Positions 61,746 through 64,000 of a stretch of 64,000 nucleotides of DNA are shown piece after piece. This stretch comes from an uncultured Desulfurococcales archaeon (GTDB lineage: Archaea; Thermoproteota; Thermoprotei_A; Sulfolobales; CAZCAU01), in assembly GCA_964496855.1 (NCBI GenBank), contig CAZCAU010000002.1:4122-68121 (forward strand). Reading direction: 5' to 3'. Every line of letters starts with the position of its first letter. The stretch's first letter is position 1. The translations under genes were made by a program, and so were the position numbers. The notes beneath the pieces are model-generated. The model searched no databases. It was not told the DNA's origin and saw nothing but the letters and a program-made list of their open reading frames with translations.

Positions 61746-62021
61746 CTATGATGGTGGAGGAGGGGCCTCAAAAGCGAATTGTGCGGCAAGATAAGAGACT
61801 ATGGCGAATATCGTTGAACCCATGGCTAACCAGAATGCTGCCCATACAGAGTCTTCTATTAAGTCCTGCCCTGTTCTCTTAAGTCTGAGAAATGGTACTG
61901 GTGATCCTCTCAGAGCCCAGCCTAGGCTCCATGTTAATAAGAATAGGCTCCAAGATAGGGACACTATTTTCATTGTCAAATCGTGAACAAAATTCACTAT
62001 ATTCATCTTCTTATCCCCCAC
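61746..62021 (-). CDS. Small two-TM membrane protein (mirror copy)
   Basis: Twin of 1610..1885; identical 91-aa translation. Confidence 0.5.
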   Translation of the reverse strand: MGDKKMNIVNFVHDLTMKIVSLSWSLFLLTWSLGWALRGSPVPFLRLKRTGQDLIEDSVWAAFWLAMGSTIFAIVSYLAAQFAFEAPPPPS

Positions 62022-62058
62022 TATCCTATTATAGGGGTTTTAAACTGATCACCCCATG

Positions 62059-64000
62059 CTAAGACTTCAAGAATAATAGCACAACGTCATGGACGCCGTT
62101 GCCTAGACATAGTCTTAAAACCCTGGAACTACTATAGACTAGTATATCGTAATTATTTATCATAGCGTTATCTACACTTACATTTGCTGGTTCTTTATCT
62201 ATCGGGATGTATAGGCATGAGGGGCCTATAACACTTTTAACTACTAGTCTGTAGCCAAACCAATTCTCTTCTCTAATAACATCATAGTATTCTACACTAT
62301 TATTACTGAACGCCACCGCGTTTGGGATTATTATCTCTAATGAATCGGGCACAGAGTAGCCTATTGAGATGTTGACCTCTCCAGAGGCATCAACAATCTC
62401 AGCAATGTCTACATCTGAAGAATTCATCTTTACTACAGCACCGGGAGGAAGGCCTTCAACTACGAGTTTATTAGATAAGTACACTTCGTAAAAACAAGCA
62501 TTACTATTTTGTATAACTTGTACACTCGTATTAAAACCGTTTAAACTTATCATGTCACTAGGATCAGTGCTTCGAGCAAACATTATGCCTCCATAGTATG
62601 GTCTCGTGATATACTCGGCTCCTTCTTCTAATAGCATAAAAGTATGTGTAGAAAGATCTGTTTTGATCCTCACTATTTGTGGGAATAATATAGTCATAGG
62701 CGTAGAGCCGCTGGGTATATTGATTACATAGTAGATTCTATTGTTACCAAAATTTAGTAGACTACCCTTACCAATATAGGAGAGAGTTGATGAAGAGTTA
62801 AACCAAGTTATTGAATTATTTATCTTTACACCTACTAGCTTTATAGGTAAAGAAGAGAGGTTCAGGTAGGCATTACCAGAAATAAATTCTTCTTTTAATA
62901 TATCTAGGTACACGGTATAAACAGGATAGTATGTTTCTATCTTGATGCTTTTTAGAATACTGTTGTAACTTGCGTATTGTAGAATCGTGCCACTAGTATC
63001 ATATGCCTCAGCTACTGCGGTCTTGTTTTCAAAATACTCTAATATGCGTATTCTCAGAGGACGGATATAACTAGATTCGTAGAATACTACGTAGCCACTG
63101 TTGGTCTCAAAGCTTATTTTGAAAGAAGTTGCGCGTACACTTGTGTATGTTTTAAGAGTTATAGTTATATTGATAATTGACACCTCGTCATCAAGTATTG
63201 GTAAGCTTAGAATCTTATACCTATACTTATCCGCATATGCAAGCATTGTTGTAAGGCTCTCAGAGTATTTGAATACGTACTGTTTTTTCGTTTCCGAAGA
63301 GTATCTTTCTATACTTGCTTTTTCAATGTTAAGCGTATAAGGGTATCCTTTTTCTATAAAACCAGTATATTGTGTAGGATATAATGCATACATAACTAGT
63401 CGCGCGTATTGGTTTCTGCTAAATAACCAGTTAAGCACTCTTTTAACTACGTTCTCGTCTCTAATCATGTATCCGTTGCCTTCATTATTGAGAGTTATTC
63501 TTAGACCGCCGTGGAAGAATCCTTTGAGGATAAGTGTTGTATTCTTCAGAGGCTTTGCAGCTAGTGTAGCGTCTTGATAAAATCGTAGGGTATCTATGGG
63601 TATGATGCCAGAATCTTCTGTGATAAGAGCTATGGGTCTCAGATTGTTGCCTGGAATAATATTAGATATGCTCTTTAAATCTACTAACATGGTGTCCCCA
63701 GGCGGTAAGTATAGCTTGTTGTCTAGAGGTGCGATTATTGTAGCATTGCTAGTCTGATTCTCGTATATTATTGCACTAATAACTGCTGGTTTTGACGCTT
63801 GGTTGCCTATGTAGAGATGAGTCGAATTTATGGACGAGGCTAGGATAGGTAAGTGCATGGATTCTACTCCTTCTATAATATACCTAGATGCAAGCGTTAC
63901 TCTTGTTGCCTCATTGCTCATATACTCGGTAATCATGATAGAAGTTATGAGCAGGGCTGGTAGGATTATTGCTAATCCGATTATGCTACTAATAGCCTTG
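62059..64000 (-). CDS. Large N-glycosylation-sequon-rich surface protein with a class III (prepilin-like) signal peptide; 5' end just outside the window
   Basis: The track ORF (62059..63936, 625 aa) starts at an internal Met. The frame stays open to base 64000 and the extra 21 codons read KAISSIIGLAIILPALLITSI before MITEYMSNEATRV. That is K-A followed by a ~22-residue hydrophobic helix, as in PibD/FlaK-processed archaeal prepilins. Sequons include NQTSNAT and NTT. Confidence 0.65.
   Translation of the reverse strand, partial: KAISSIIGLAIILPALLITSIMITEYMSNEATRVTLASRYIIEGVESMHLPILASSINSTHLYIGNQASKPAVISAIIYENQTSNATIIAPLDNKLYLPPGDTMLVDLKSISNIIPGNNLRPIALITEDSGIIPIDTLRFYQDATLAAKPLKNTTLILKGFFHGGLRITLNNEGNGYMIRDENVVKRVLNWLFSRNQYARLVMYALYPTQYTGFIEKGYPYTLNIEKASIERYSSETKKQYVFKYSESLTTMLAYADKYRYKILSLPILDDEVSIINITITLKTYTSVRATSFKISFETNSGYVVFYESSYIRPLRIRILEYFENKTAVAEAYDTSGTILQYASYNSILKSIKIETYYPVYTVYLDILKEEFISGNAYLNLSSLPIKLVGVKINNSITWFNSSSTLSYIGKGSLLNFGNNRIYYVINIPSGSTPMTILFPQIVRIKTDLSTHTFMLLEEGAEYITRPYYGGIMFARSTDPSDMISLNGFNTSVQVIQNSNACFYEVYLSNKLVVEGLPPGAVVKMNSSDVDIAEIVDASGEVNISIGYSVPDSLEIIIPNAVAFSNNSVEYYDVIREENWFGYRLVVKSVIGPSCLYIPIDKEPANVSVDNAMINNYDILVYSSSRVLRLCLGNGVHDVVLLFLKS

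Larger units (their letters stand above)
31816..63630. repeat. Right arm of the perfect inverted duplication (reverse complement of 1..31815)
   Basis: Same evidence as for the left arm. The axis lies between 31815 and 31816 (atCCC|GGGat). Sequence 63631..64000 continues the arm beyond what the left side of the window shows. Confidence 0.97.

Noticed and set aside
1-63630. Reading the two operon copies as a genuine ancient paralogous duplication of the translation apparatus.
   Set aside because: There is zero visible divergence, including at synonymous and intergenic positions, and the mirror geometry is exact with no spacer. If the duplication is real at all, it must be extremely recent.

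Overview
The window is a crenarchaeal (Thermoproteota-type) chromosome segment dominated by the large ribosomal-protein / secY / adk / cmk / cbf5 supercluster. Archaeal origin is supported by L14e, L19e, L32e, L34e and S4e, by RNase P subunit Rpp29 sitting inside the operon, by an archaeal-type adenylate kinase, and by a bulge-helix-bulge intron in cbf5. The main observation is structural. Bases 1..31815 and 31816..63630 are exact reverse complements (x maps to 63631-x) with no spacer, the axis falling inside ...gtgtatCCC|GGGatacac.... So every gene is present twice, head-to-head, and nearly all transcription converges on the axis. The left arm runs off the window at base 1, so the palindrome is at least 31.8 kb per arm. 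Only 63631..64000 has no partner inside the window. I read this first as a fold-back assembly or library chimera. The low-prior biological alternatives are read-through of a hairpin telomere, a replicated-telomere or dimer junction, or a palindromic amplification.

One arm, in order, contains:
- A Ced/T4SS-like membrane module: a large prepilin-signal surface protein, a small 2-TM protein, a polytopic membrane protein and a VirB4-like ATPase.
- uL2, displaced upstream of uL3-uL4-uL23.
- An 8.8 kb non-ribosomal block: an antisense SPOUT-like gene, a 460-bp ORF-free gap, a small ORF, ileS, a Cas4-like nuclease and a MoxR-VWA pair.
- uS19 through uL15, including a 54-aa zinc uS14 that is missing from the ORF track.
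- secY, adk, a DUF106-like membrane protein, L34e, cmk, L14e, intron-split cbf5, and a SAM methyltransferase whose 3' end overlaps tRNA-Ser(UGA).

All calls rest on reading motifs by eye. No searches or computations were run.
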